DNA of 64,000 nucleotides, taken from NCBI GenBank assembly GCA_000004985.1, contig GG738868.1. One strand, 5' to 3'. Positions 1 through 11,270 of the stretch are shown here, one piece after another. The DNA is from Naegleria gruberi (Eukaryota). Within the stretch, counting starts at the first letter, position 1, and every line of letters begins with the position of its first letter. The translations under genes and the position numbers were made by a program. The notes under the pieces were generated by a model. The model had not been told where the DNA came from and made no database searches. It was given only the letters and a program-made list of their open reading frames with translations.

Positions 1-106
1 ATGTGAATAGGAAACTCAATTCAACAAATCCTTGCTGGACACGTTAAACATCACCCATTATTACTGAGGTTTTGAAACTTGCAAATTAATTTCCAATTAC
101 AAAAAA

Positions 107-1672
107 ATGCCACCACGAAGAAAGGGACGAACTCTCTCGGTAGTTGGTTCGAGTCGTGGTGATGAAGCTGATCAGAGTAATTCATCCTCATCATCCACAT
201 CGACTGAATTGCAAGCTTATCTATCACCAACTAAATCAACTTTGGATGAGGAGGAAAATTCTTCTACAAATTCACCAAATCATATTAGTAATAATAATAA
301 TAATAATAGCCATAATAACTCTCCCTTGACAGCTATAACAACACGAAATACCAATAATAATAATAATTTATTTGTGAATAATAATTTAAATAATCAACAA
401 CAACAACAACAATATCAGAGGAGTTTTATGAGTTCGAGTCCAAGTGCGAATAGTCTTCTTTTTGGAGCCAATCATCATGTTATTCGTCCTACTAATTTTA
501 CAATCCACCAACAACAACAACAACAAACAACAACAAACAATGATAGGACAGATTCAGATCATTCCGAATCATTTTTGAGTAGGAGAACATTTTCAGTAGA
601 TTCATTTTCGGATAAAGGTGATAATGATGCTTATTTATCACCATGCTCGGATGAGGACGATTCAAATCCAAGTGGTTGGAAATCACCACTCTCTGCTCCA
701 GTTAGGGTTGTGGATATTGCATCTCTCATTCCAGAAGAAATTGAGTATCCAGAAGATGATGACGTGGATGTTGACCCTGAATTGTTGGTCATTCGTTCCA
801 AGTTGAATACTTCCGATATTCATGACTCAGATGCAATTGATCTCGTCATTGAGAATTCAAAGAAAAAGATTCCTACTAAAAGTCCAAGATCCAAAATAGT
901 TGATGAAACACCATTCTTCCAAGCTCATATTCACTACGACGATGATGATAAGCAGACGAATAATATTGAAAAGGTTACCACAACTTGTTGTGGTTGTTTT
1001 CTTGAAAAAATCCCAAAAGGAATTAGAACTAGAGTTGGATATTGTGGAAAGAAAGTTTGTGCACCTAGATTTAGTGTCAGTATTGGACTATTTATTGCCT
1101 TTAATACAGTAGCATTTATTTTGGCTGTCTTTGGTATTGCTGTACTAGGATTGAGTTATGGAGATTATCCTAAAATGCAAAGGGATCCAAATGCTATTGC
1201 TTACCTACATAGGGGATGTTGTGAAGTTTTTCTACAGGAAAAACACAGTACAGTCGATAATGGATATCCCTACGATGTCTATTTAAGAGTACCCATTCTA
1301 GGATTTTCATCAATGACTGAGGAACAGCTTGAAAAAAGAGGATATGATATTAAATGTGAATATAATCAGTATTCACATAGAATATTCGATTTACACATTG
1401 CTGGAAGTGCTCAAAATTTTACAAATAGATCCTTTGTCGATTGTTTTACAGATAAGGAGGAATTAGTAGTCTATTTGGAACCTTACAGTTACATGTATGA
1501 GGTGTTTCATTTTGTTGGCATTGTTTCTCTTGTTCTCTCCTTTTCACTATTCTGTTTGGCATTTTGTAGCTTTGGTCTTGCATGTATTGCCTTCAGAAAG
1601 AGAAAGAAGAACTCCTCAGCAAAACGTACAGGTTGTTGCAGTTCAATTCGATTATTCTTGTGTTGTAAATAA
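107..1672 (+). CDS. Hypothetical low-complexity (N/Q/S-rich) protein with two predicted C-terminal transmembrane helices
   Basis: Continuous 521-codon ORF from an ATG preceded by an A-run, ending in TAA. The N-terminal half holds poly-N, poly-Q and poly-S tracts encoded by (AAT)n/(CAA)n. The C-terminal part has two hydrophobic stretches (IGLFIAFNTVAFILAVFGIAVLGL and VGIVSLVLSFSLFCLAFCSFGLACIAF) and Cys-rich ends. I recognise no family. Confidence 0.5.
   Translation: MPPRRKGRTLSVVGSSRGDEADQSNSSSSSTSTELQAYLSPTKSTLDEEENSSTNSPNHISNNNNNNSHNNSPLTAITTRNTNNNNNLFVNNNLNNQQQQQQYQRSFMSSSPSANSLLFGANHHVIRPTNFTIHQQQQQQTTTNNDRTDSDHSESFLSRRTFSVDSFSDKGDNDAYLSPCSDEDDSNPSGWKSPLSAPVRVVDIASLIPEEIEYPEDDDVDVDPELLVIRSKLNTSDIHDSDAIDLVIENSKKKIPTKSPRSKIVDETPFFQAHIHYDDDDKQTNNIEKVTTTCCGCFLEKIPKGIRTRVGYCGKKVCAPRFSVSIGLFIAFNTVAFILAVFGIAVLGLSYGDYPKMQRDPNAIAYLHRGCCEVFLQEKHSTVDNGYPYDVYLRVPILGFSSMTEEQLEKRGYDIKCEYNQYSHRIFDLHIAGSAQNFTNRSFVDCFTDKEELVVYLEPYSYMYEVFHFVGIVSLVLSFSLFCLAFCSFGLACIAFRKRKKNSSAKRTGCCSSIRLFLCCK
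395..412 (+). repeat. (CAA)6 coding trinucleotide microsatellite (poly-Gln)
   Basis: Perfect caacaacaacaacaacaa inside the CDS 107..1672. Similar imperfect (CAA/AAC)n runs occur at ~508-540 and ~49190-49230. Confidence 0.7.
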
Positions 1673-1964
1673 ACCAAAAAAAGGACAAGTGAGAACAACA
1701 ACAATCACTAGTACAGGTGCATTTGTGAACAAATGTCCAAGAGAAGAGCCGAGACCGATCCACAAGTACTGGCAAAGGAGAGGAAGTTGCCATCCAGCAC
1801 AGCACACTTTATCACCAGATGTTATTCATCAAATTTCATTATTTGTGAATTTCTTTGATGGAAACAAGTTAAAACATGTCGATACAGAGAATGAAGAAGA
1901 GGTTGAAGATGATAATGAAAATAATAGCACACCAACATTTGATGAGCAATTTAATTTGTTGAAC

Positions 1965-3052
1965 ATGATGCTAATTGATTCACAATGGAATCAAGTGTTG
2001 AATTCCGATGAATATTACAAGGATATAATTTCAACGTTCTTATCCCAAGATGTAGCACCACACTATTTCAAAGTACCAGGTTATGGAAGAAAGAAATTGG
2101 ATGATTATGAAGTTTTAATAATGAAGGGAATTTATCAATCATGGAAAGAATTATTTGTTAATTTGTAAGTTTTTCATGTGTTCAAAATCTGATTAAACAT
2201 CTTGATAGATTCTTTAGAAAATTCGAAACATTTAATGAACAATACCATCAGGCAGAGACTATTCTTGCATTTGAACAAAATATCAGATACGGAAGTGAAA
2301 AGGAAGATGACGAAGAAGAAGTGGAGGATAATCAAGACGAGGAGAGCAATGAAAAAACCAACTTGACCCTATTATTGAAAGAAGAGGCAACTCTTTGCAT
2401 TAAAGCAATTGAACAATCCAATGACACAACAGATTCCCTTCCTATTGGATCTTCTAAATTTGGAGGTAGACCTGATTTACCAAATGATTGTGTGTGGCCA
2501 ACTATGAAGAATGATTCAACAACACACATGATTTTTGTTGGTCAAATTAACTTGAAAGACTTGAAAAATTGTCATGCACCTAAGGGTGTATTACCAGTAA
2601 CTGGTTGGATGTTCTTCTTTATGGATTGGGGAGTTAATGGAGATTACTTTTCATTTTATTGGAATGGACCGGAATCTGAACTAAAAAGACATGACATGCC
2701 AGAGAAAGTGTACAACGATACCAAGTCTTTAAAATCAGTTTCCTTAAGTTTTGAAGAAATTGTTCAACCTTTAAAGAAGAGTTCTATTGAAGAGCATGAA
2801 TTACCTGAGGATGAAGAAGTTTTACTGCCTGTTGGTGGTTTTTCCTCAATACTGGGCTATCCTATGGCTTTCCAAGATGATGGAAATTACCTTCATACTA
2901 GTGGAAAGGTTTTCCTTTTCCAATTCAGTGGTTCAAACCAAGTAGACATTGATATGGGTGATGCCAACTTTTATTATTGTGCAAATATTGAAGATTTTTG
3001 TGGAGAAAAGACCCAGTCCAAGGTTGGTATTTATTCTGAATTCCAATCTTAA
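1965..3052 (+). CDS. DUF1963 (YwqG-like) domain protein; last two exons about 1965..2164 and 2209..3052, 5' end uncertain
   Basis: The downstream ORF (2209..3052, TAA) has the DUF1963 signatures SKFGGRPDLP...WP, FVGQINLKDL and LPVTGWMFFF, then ILGYP...FLFQF...DMGDANFYYC near the C-terminus. It is joined in frame to the upstream ORF by a 44-nt intron 2165..2208 (GTAAGT...GATAG). The upstream exon frame is open back to ~1700. The first in-frame ATG is at 1965; the true start or further 5' exons are not resolved. Confidence 0.55.
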
Positions 3053-5250
3053 GCTGCTAACACGACATCCATATCATTCTTATCTACTTGAATTCTAATT
3101 GGTTCCATAAATCCATAATGGATCATTAATCTATACCATACATTCCATAACCATTGCTTGTATTCATAAATAAAGAGAATGGTTTCGAAATGTAAATATT
3201 GAGAATGTTGTTGATATTTCAATTTCATGTAATTCCACATTGACAAATTTTCACTCAAAGGTTTGCCTTCTTGACAAGCACTAAGAGTGTCTGGAAGAGA
3301 TTTAGAATGATACATTCCTCTTGATGCAATTCTTGCATTAATGACATATCTATTAACAGGAACTCCCATCGATTGATTAACATATCTCAATAAATTATTG
3401 GTTCTCATAATTAACAACATTTCTGTTGGCATATTTCTGACCATTTGTTGGAACTTGTCCATTCTGTGCTTGATAATTCCCTTAAAGAAGGTTTCAAATT
3501 CTGCCTTTGTTCCATGAGATGACAATCCAATACCACTCTTCTCATCATAACCTCTCATTAAAATCAGAGAGGCATACAATTGAGAATCATCAATACCCAA
3601 ATCTTTACAATATTGGTCAACAACTGGCTTGTCATGCATTACCAAAGCTCTCCAAAATCTTGCAAATTTCACTCTGAAATCTGGATCCAATGTCTGATAC
3701 AAACCATGATCGAGTAGGACAACCTGTGAATGATTTGGATTTTTGGGATGAGCCCTCACTAGAATATTCCCAGGATGTGGATCAGTGTGGACGAAACCAA
3801 ACACAAAGATCATCTTGGCAAATATACTCATAGTTGTCTTGGCAGATTCGACCATTCTCTTATGATCCATATGTTTGGTAATAGATTCAATGTCACTAAT
3901 TTTCCATCCATCGATAAATTCCATTGTGAGAACTCTTTTTGAAGAGAGTGGTGAAACAATTTTAGGAATGTAGAGACTTTGGGTGATTCCTTCTTCCTCC
4001 TTCTCAAATAATTTTCTAATCTTGTTTGAATTTTCATGTTCAATGTGAAAATCCAACTCTTGATTCAGAGTATCGTCCAACATTTTGCCCATCCATGAAA
4101 TGTTATAATGAGGAAAGAAGAAGTGAATAATCTCCATGGCAGCTTGCTTGGCAATCATATCTCCCTTATAGAAATAACGAATGGATGGATATTGAATTTT
4201 CACAGCAACTGTCGATCCGTCCAATTCAGTTCCTTTCAGTGATTCAATAGCCCCTTTTCTGAGCTTTGCCTTGTGTACTTGTGCCAAACTTGCTGCAGCA
4301 ATTGGCAATTCGTCAAATGACTCGAAAATATCTTCCAATTTCCTATCCTTCAATTCTGGATGTTTGTGAAATTCTTCCTCAAACATGAGCCTGATTTCTG
4401 ATAAATCTGCCTGATAAGGAACCTTATCTTGCAAGACTTGGAGTGTCTCTGTCCATGCATCTGGTAAGAAATTGGTCATTGAGGACATGTACTGACCAAC
4501 CTTGATGAAAATTCCTCCCAGATCAATAAACAAGTTCAAAAATTTGGTGGCACTTCTCTTGTGGGTCTGATAGATGAGAGTTTTTGTCTCATCAAACTCT
4601 TGATACTTTCCTTCGAGTGAATCTTTCAATCTCTTTTCACTTTCGATTAATTCCTTATCCCACTCATCACTTCCCATATTGTTGAGATAATCGTACAAAC
4701 AACTAATTCCCACAAATCCCACTCGTGAAAATCTATAAGTTCCCTCCAATAATTGAATGAAATTTGCAACTAGATGCATAATTTCATGTTCCACCTTGTC
4801 AAGAAAATCCAAATTTGAATGATGCTCTCCTTTCACATCATGTTGTGAATAATGCCAAAGAAAATTTCTAAATTTCATCATGTGTGGTTTCATTGGTTTT
4901 TCTAAATACTTTTCATAAACCAAAATCAAGTAATAAATAACAAATAAATTAAACAGTAAATTATTAAATCTCATAAATTTTGATTTCCTTCTTGAATTTT
5001 GTTCGGACTTTTCATTGTTTTTTGAAATTTGTCCATCATTCAATTTATTCTCTTCTCTTGGTTGATGATTATTCAAAAGGATTTGCTCAGAGTTATGAAA
5101 CTCTCTCGTTCGGAACAAATCAAACTTTGTATTCATGAATAATTTTGTCATCTTTGAATTATTCTTCATTAAACATGATAATTTTCTCTTCCCTAATCCA
5201 CTCAACACTGCATTTGAAAGTGAGAGGGTATTTCCTTGTCGTTTCATCAT
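3049..5250 (-). CDS. ABC1/ADCK-family atypical protein kinase (aarF-domain-containing, ADCK1/5-like)
   Basis: 733-aa single ORF. It carries the ABC1/UbiB kinase motifs AAASLAQVHKAKL, VAVKIQYP, HTDPHPGNILV and VLLDHGLY. Its stop codon overlaps the convergent DUF1963 gene stop. Confidence 0.8.
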   Translation of the reverse strand: MMKRQGNTLSLSNAVLSGLGKRKLSCLMKNNSKMTKLFMNTKFDLFRTREFHNSEQILLNNHQPREENKLNDGQISKNNEKSEQNSRRKSKFMRFNNLLFNLFVIYYLILVYEKYLEKPMKPHMMKFRNFLWHYSQHDVKGEHHSNLDFLDKVEHEIMHLVANFIQLLEGTYRFSRVGFVGISCLYDYLNNMGSDEWDKELIESEKRLKDSLEGKYQEFDETKTLIYQTHKRSATKFLNLFIDLGGIFIKVGQYMSSMTNFLPDAWTETLQVLQDKVPYQADLSEIRLMFEEEFHKHPELKDRKLEDIFESFDELPIAAASLAQVHKAKLRKGAIESLKGTELDGSTVAVKIQYPSIRYFYKGDMIAKQAAMEIIHFFFPHYNISWMGKMLDDTLNQELDFHIEHENSNKIRKLFEKEEEGITQSLYIPKIVSPLSSKRVLTMEFIDGWKISDIESITKHMDHKRMVESAKTTMSIFAKMIFVFGFVHTDPHPGNILVRAHPKNPNHSQVVLLDHGLYQTLDPDFRVKFARFWRALVMHDKPVVDQYCKDLGIDDSQLYASLILMRGYDEKSGIGLSSHGTKAEFETFFKGIIKHRMDKFQQMVRNMPTEMLLIMRTNNLLRYVNQSMGVPVNRYVINARIASRGMYHSKSLPDTLSACQEGKPLSENLSMWNYMKLKYQQHSQYLHFETILFIYEYKQWLWNVWYRLMIHYGFMEPIRIQVDKNDMDVVLAA

Positions 5251-5454
5251 TTTTTTATTTTATTTATTTGATTGTGTTGTTTTTAAGAATGTATCTGGAA
5301 TTAATCTCAATTTCGGAGGAATGGATTGGAATTGAAGCGACACAGTAGCGAAAAATGTCATCAAGTATGCCACAATTTTAACAAGAAGTGTTTTGAAGGA
5401 TAATAAAAAAGCCAACTTCCTTCAAGTATCATTCCTTAATCAATCCAAAATAAT

Positions 5455-5528
5455 TGCCTCCCTTGGGAATCGAACCCAAGACCTCTGTCTTACTAGGACA
5501 GCGCTACTGCCAACTGAGCTAGGAAGGC
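5455..5528 (-). tRNA. tRNA-Thr (anticodon AGU)
   Basis: The reverse complement folds as a cloverleaf: acceptor GCCTTCC/GGGAGGC with one G-U pair, anticodon stem CTGTC/GACAG, loop CTAGTAA with anticodon AGT, T-arm TTGGG-TTCGATT-CCCAA, discriminator A. A TTTT run follows about 5 nt downstream. Confidence 0.85.
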
Positions 5529-5576
5529 TTACATTCAAGTTGAAAATTAACCTCTGATATTCCTGGCAAATACTAT

Positions 5577-7157
5577 TTAATTTTTATTAAGAAAAGTATT
5601 TTCCCATTCTTTCATTGGAATATAACCTCTCGTTGATTTTTCTCTCATAACAGATAAATATTGTACAGGAAACTCAGCACAAGCTATTAAATGTTTTGGA
5701 AGATACAATTGCCCACCATATTCATGTTCCATTCTGATTTGATACAATTCTTGAAAGTAATGGTTATTTTGAGCATATCCATTTTGCTTGACCGCTTCAA
5801 TTCTCATTTCTAAAGTTGGTGAATTAACATATCTTAGAGCTAGACCATTTTGTTTGACAGCTATTATACAAAGTTCTGGATCAGATCTCACCGAATAATT
5901 AAAATACTGAATACTGGTTCCATTCTGTTTGAGCATTTTCTTAATAAAATCTCTATCTTTTCTAATTGGATTCTGACTTGGAATAAACTCTATAAAACTC
6001 TTATTCGCATGTCTAGACGCCATTTCAATCATATCAGGATCATTTCTTAAATCCGTACAAGCAAATTCATATATTATACAAGAGCTCTCCAAAGCTTTCA
6101 TCAATAATTTCTTATTGTTAAGAACTAAACTCTGAATTGTTGCAAGCCTATTGTAAAACACAAAGCAAGGCCAGGAATCTTGCTTGTAATACTTACTAGC
6201 AGCTTCAAGTGCTTCAATATTCATATCATGATTGGACTGAAATTCCTTGGAGGCATGGCACACTTCTAAGGCACATCTATTGATTGCTTTGCTCACTAAT
6301 TCTCTATCATTTTTGAATTCTTCTGAAACATATTTCAAGAAGTTAATCCCATCTGGATGACATGGTTGAATTAAATCGAGTAGCTCCATCACCATTTGTT
6401 TGTTGTTTCTTATTCTTTCAGAAACATGGATTAAACTTGGTAATTTGATCATGGAAGCACGGACAATCTCAATATCGTCTTTAAATTGTTTTGGAAAATA
6501 ATGCAAACAATCAAAATTTGAAACCAGTAACAGAGCACACTTCTTACTATACAGTACACTATCGGGAAGCCAATTAAACTGAATTTCCTTCCTCATATCA
6601 ATGGCTTGTTTGATAATTTCCACACTTTCATCTTCATTCTTTCCATTAAAGTCTTGAAATTCTAAACGACCTCTGTGAAAGAGTTTCAGAGCATCCTTAT
6701 TCAAAGCAACATCGTAATCTGTCAAATTATTCTCTAATGCAGCCTTGCAAATCATATAATTCTCGCGAATTCTCTTGGAACCATATGCAAGTGCTTTTCC
6801 ATCAAATGAAACACTATTAAGCATAAATTCATCATTATCCAATAAACAATCTGTTGAGGAATATAACTGAATAGCCTGTAATAGAGATCTATTGGTAGAA
6901 CTATCTCCATCGCTTGATAAGCTAGTTAATTGCTTCCTTAATATCATTCTATCGTTATGAAACTCTATCGGAATGTGAAATTCACTCATTTCTCGATAAT
7001 CTGTACAAAAAGCCTGTGTAAGAACTTCATCCCTCCGATTATTCCACTTGATAAACATTTTTCTCTGCTGTGAAAACTTGTTTAAAAGTAACCGATTAAG
7101 GGTTTCGTTTTTATGAGTCGTTTGTGTGAAATCGACTAGTAGAAGACAAACAGTCAT
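5577..7157 (-). CDS. DUF4116 repeat-containing protein
   Basis: 526-aa ORF with recurring ~35-aa units of the form (V/A)VKQNG.AL.Y...L..D.E.V..A, e.g. IIAVKQNGLALRYVNSPTLEMRIEAVKQNGYAQ. This is typical of the DUF4116 repeat family. Confidence 0.6.
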   Translation of the reverse strand: MTVCLLLVDFTQTTHKNETLNRLLLNKFSQQRKMFIKWNNRRDEVLTQAFCTDYREMSEFHIPIEFHNDRMILRKQLTSLSSDGDSSTNRSLLQAIQLYSSTDCLLDNDEFMLNSVSFDGKALAYGSKRIRENYMICKAALENNLTDYDVALNKDALKLFHRGRLEFQDFNGKNEDESVEIIKQAIDMRKEIQFNWLPDSVLYSKKCALLLVSNFDCLHYFPKQFKDDIEIVRASMIKLPSLIHVSERIRNNKQMVMELLDLIQPCHPDGINFLKYVSEEFKNDRELVSKAINRCALEVCHASKEFQSNHDMNIEALEAASKYYKQDSWPCFVFYNRLATIQSLVLNNKKLLMKALESSCIIYEFACTDLRNDPDMIEMASRHANKSFIEFIPSQNPIRKDRDFIKKMLKQNGTSIQYFNYSVRSDPELCIIAVKQNGLALRYVNSPTLEMRIEAVKQNGYAQNNHYFQELYQIRMEHEYGGQLYLPKHLIACAEFPVQYLSVMREKSTRGYIPMKEWENTFLNKN

Positions 7158-7214
7158 TTTTTTAAAGTTGCTATTATTGATTTTACAACTATTTTATTGG
7201 TAATAAGCGAAGTT

Positions 7215-7219
7215 AAAAA
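7215..7219 (-). terminator. Pol III oligo-T terminator following the 5S rRNA gene
   Basis: TTTTT on the minus strand directly after the 3' end of the 5S sequence (GCTGTAGTC-TTTTT). Confidence 0.45.
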
Positions 7220-7337
7220 GACTACAGCACCACAGGTTCCCAAGTTGTCTCCAACCTCAGTACTGATGTGGCTCGACGATGCTTAACTTCTCAAATCGGA
7301 CGGGATGAGGTGCATTCATCGTGATATGGCCGTAGCC
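7220..7337 (-). rRNA. 5S ribosomal RNA gene
   Basis: The reverse complement reads GGCTACGGCCATATCACGATGAATGCACCTCATCCCGTCCGATTTGAGAAGTTAAGCATCGTCGAGCCACATCAGTACTGAGGTTGGAGACAACTTGGGAACCTGTGGTGCTGTAGTC, about 118 nt. It contains the conserved 5S blocks CGGCCATA, CATCCCGTCCGAT, GAAGTTAAGC, AGTACT and GGGAA...GGTGCTGTAG. The 5' and 3' ends pair to form helix I. Confidence 0.8.
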
Positions 7338-7427
7338 ATCCATAACACCAATTTTTCGATCTTCAAATCATACCAAGGTCAGAGCGAAAGATAAGGATGG
7401 GATGAAGGTTGTGAAAAATATTACAAT

Positions 7428-10329
7428 TTATTCATCATCTTCATAGTCATCATCTTCATAATCACCTTCCTCATCATCCTCATCGTGATTAATACTGTGT
7501 TTGAAAGCAGCTTCTTCCTCCAATTTCTTTACCTTCATTTCAATAGCTCTTTGCTCCAAAACACAATCTGAGAAAATTTCGGCAATCTCTGCCAAGACTT
7601 CAAAATCCACTTTTTGTAACTCTTTTGCTGCACCTTCTAACTCATCACAGCTGAATGCTCCACTCGATACAAGTCTTCTGACATATTGTAACAAACTCTC
7701 TTTCAAAGAAATGTCTGCTATAAAATCGGCCATTGAATAAATATCAATAATGTACTGAGTAATGGTTTCTTGATTAATCTCAAAGGAAGGATTAATGTCA
7801 GTAGTGTCGCAAGTTGGAAAAGCAGATTTACATAAGATTACATTTTCAAAATCCACATCGTTAGTGTATGCAAAGTATACTAAGGCTGCTACAGAAATTA
7901 ATGGATGGGCTTGGTCTTGCAAATAAAATATCATTGAGACATCTGAAATATCAATCACATTACTTTCATCCACAACCATATTGTTGAACAAGTTGTTAAA
8001 ATATTCATAACGAATACAAAGGAGTGCCTTTGGTACTGTAATTTTCCAAGTTTTGTCTTCAAATGTCAAAGATAAAGTAGCGTTAGTGTTGATTTGTGAA
8101 TATTGAAGAGAGCTATCCATAAGCATGGAGAAATTAGTGTACATGTATTCTCTTGCCAATCTTACTCTCTTAGTTTCATAGCTATCGATCTGAGAAGTGC
8201 AACAGAGCTTGAAAAAGGAAATTTCTTCTTCTGAGAACCCTTTTTGACTGAGGAAGATATCAATATGTTTCTCTCGTGTTTCGTTGATTGTTGGGAGTAC
8301 ATTAAAGGATAAATAATTAGCAGTTAAAATTGCCAAATCTTTCAAGATAGCATCATTTGAAAGTTTAAGCTTGTCCCAAATAATCTTGAAAAGAGAAATA
8401 CCCTTCCTGATATCAATTGATATATATAATAACTTTCTTAAATAATCAATCATTTCTTGAATGCCAATAGAACAGACAGCTGAATATATCTCTATAAAGT
8501 CTTTAAAAATTGGCGTGTCTTTTTCATGATATGGAAGACTGACATCATTTGGGGTTAACTCAATACCATAGCAATACCTTAGTAAACACTTCAATGTCAA
8601 TGTAGTAAAGTGTGTAGTGTCAAGCTTTTTCTCAAACAATTCTCTAAAATATTGAATATGGGATAGCATGAATTTGTGGCATAGGAATCTGTCACCATCA
8701 GTTGATACTAGGGTATAATCTGAATAATTGTTTTCTTTAAGTAACTTCATGGACAATTCCTCAAACACAGCATCAGTAGAAGCACTTTTAGTTGGATCAA
8801 TAAGTAGAGAAGGGTCGTTTTGATAATCAAAGTGAGTCAAATCAAAAGTAAGAAGGGAAGAATCATAATCAGAATAACCAGTTTTGCCAGTTTTACCTCC
8901 AAAGCTAAGAAATTTCTTAGATAATGTTGTAGGATAAGAAGAAATCATTGGTCTGGAAAATGTGGTCATACTATCTCCATAATCATAGAATAAGCAGTTA
9001 GATTTAAAGTTAATATCATTATAACCAATACATAATCCAATATTTCCTCCTCTGTAAATTATTTCATCGTCGGTCAGTATTTTCTTTTTTAATTTTCTCT
9101 CCTTGCCTAGAGTAATTCTCTTCAAAGAAGATTTTTCATTCTCTTCTTCTCTCTGAATATCAAGCATTGAAAGTGAATCATCAACTAGTTTACAATTTTT
9201 CCAAATTTCTTCCTCAATGTTATATATTTGAGTATCTTTAAATCTATTTATGTCGTTTCTTCCACCATGAAGAATTAGGTATTCATATTGTGATTCAAAG
9301 TTATGATTGAACTTCATAGTCTTTGAAATAAACTTTGGTTTTCCATAAGATTGAAATGATGATAATCCAGCTGCAAATCTAGCATCTGGGAAAGAGTAGT
9401 TACAATCAACACTGAACCAAGTCTTACAATTAAAGTCAAAATATTCCAACAAGTTAAGTGAAGAGCTACTCGCATAGTAATGGTCATTACTTGTTCTTCC
9501 ACCAAAAATAAAGAACTTATTCAAGACCATTGCAGAACAAAGTACATGCCTGGAACTTGGTTTCTTACCTGCCAACACCTCGACATCCTTCCAAAGCAAA
9601 TCTCTAAAATCAAATTCAATAAAATCATCGAATTCAAAAAGTGATCCCTCACCCCCAAACACTACAAATCCCGATTGATCTGATTTCAATTCCATAGCAT
9701 GAGCATATCTTTTACAATCACCAATAGGAACAACTGTCTCAAAAACACTTTGATAATGGACTTTCCTCTCGTGTGGATAAGGGTAACCAGTTAGATTTCC
9801 AGTTGCTTGCCTCCAGTTAGTTAATCCTGTGTCACCAAGATGTGTTTTCCACTTGAATGTATTCAAATCCAATTTAAAAACGCCAATATCTAGAAATTGA
9901 TATCCCATATTGCTCTAAATGAATCATTCAGAAATGCAAAATGAAAAATAAACTCACCACATTACCACCAAAGAAATAGATTGCATGATCAGCTCTTCTA
10001 TAAACACATTTCATTCCCCATGCCTGACGAATTGCTGAATTATTAACAGAGTGTTGTTGCCAAACACCTGTTCTCAAATCTAATTCAAATACTTCAAGAT
10101 CTCCACTCACAACATGTTCTTCAACAACACCACCCATACAGAAGAGTGAATGTCTCGGAGGACAAGCCACAAGAGCAATTTGAGATCTTTGTGAAGGAAC
10201 TTTGCCTCGTTGTTGTTCCGCTGTAAATTTTCGATAGGGAATAAATGGATCGGAGCAAATATCATTCATGAAGCGAGACGAAGTGGTCGAACCAACACTA
10301 ACACTCTCGCTTTGATAATTTGATGACAT
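7428..10329 (-). CDS. BTB/POZ + Kelch-repeat protein; 2 exons 9958..10329 and 7428..9914
   Basis: The upstream exon encodes Kelch-like blades (FFGGNV, hydrophobic-GG motifs). It is joined to the large exon by a 43-nt intron 9915..9957 (GTGAGT...TTTAG) in phase 0. The large exon holds more Kelch/galactose-oxidase-type blades, a BTB domain (DGDRFLCHKFMLSHIQYFRELF) and an acidic tail (DEDDEEGDYEDDDYEDDE). Confidence 0.75.
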
Positions 10330-10381
10330 TTTTTTAAAAATAAAAATAAAATTGAAGAAGTGATTATTAGACTTATTACAT

Positions 10382-11270
10382 TTATTGATTGGAATTTGAT
10401 TCAGTTGGAAGGAAGCGTTGAAGACAATTCGACACCATCATTTTACAACTCAATATGTGTCTGCCAATGAGAGCCAACTCTTCATTTGTAAGATCAGAGA
10501 AATCCTTTTGGTCAATATCAAATCTGTTCATGGGAGCTTTGTAAATTTTGAGGTCATCATTGTGCTCTCTCAGTTTTTGCAAATTTTCAACTGCTCCTGA
10601 CAATACTTCACATAATTTACCATCATCAATATCTTCATCTTTCTGGAGAAATTGGCATTCGTTCATCACCAGTATTCACTCTTTTAGCTTTTCTAAACAA
10701 CCTTAAATTCAATTCAATTGAAAAATTCTTCTCTCTATTGGTCAAGAGTTCGTACAAATTCGCCAAGTAATCTTTTCTTTCTTTTTTCAATTCTTCCTCT
10801 GTGAGAGTCATTTTGTTGATCAATTTGGATCGTTCACGAATACTTTGCTCCACTTTTTCTGTTTCTTGTTGCAAAGATGTAAGTTTTGTAATTAATCGTT
10901 GCAAGCTGAGTTTTGTGAAATTAAGTGAAGAATAAGGATGAAAGACTTCTGCTTGCAATGGTGGAAATGATGATTCTGAAGCTTCTGATGATGGAGAATA
11001 AGAAGTATCATCAGATTCATTGTCTTCATCGTTAAGTACTTCCTCCTCGCTTCACCTTCATCAGAGGAAGAATCATTTTGTTGATGTTGTTCTTGTTGTA
11101 TTTTACTCAAAGGAGGTTCTTTTGTGGGATTGATCATCTGTGTAGCAATGTTCCTCTTTGATTGTTGTCAAAAAACAGCTATTATCAGCAGAAACGTCTG
11201 CCTTCTTCAATTTAGAAGGCTTTTCTGCGTGATCATTGTCGGATACAGAAGCACTCTTTCTTTTGACCAT
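10382..11270 (-). CDS. Hypothetical acidic coiled-coil protein; reading frame disrupted at two points (possible pseudogene, tiny introns or sequence errors)
   Basis: An ATG at 11270 opens an acidic, S-rich frame that shifts near 11042-11065. The middle segment (10635..10958 frame) is coiled-coil-like (LTSLQQETEKVEQSIRERSKLINKMTLTEEELKKERKDY). It can be joined to the 3' segment (10382..~10655) by a putative 37-nt GTGAAT...CCAG intron in phase 0. The exact structure is unresolved. Confidence 0.3.

Noticed and set aside
1497-1704. Overlapping ORFs 1497..2168 (+) and 1507..1805 (-) crossing the 3' end of the first gene
   Set aside because: The + ORF is just the open upstream frame of the DUF1963 gene 5' region running into the previous gene in another frame. 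The minus ORFs are short antisense chance ORFs. Neither is an independent gene.
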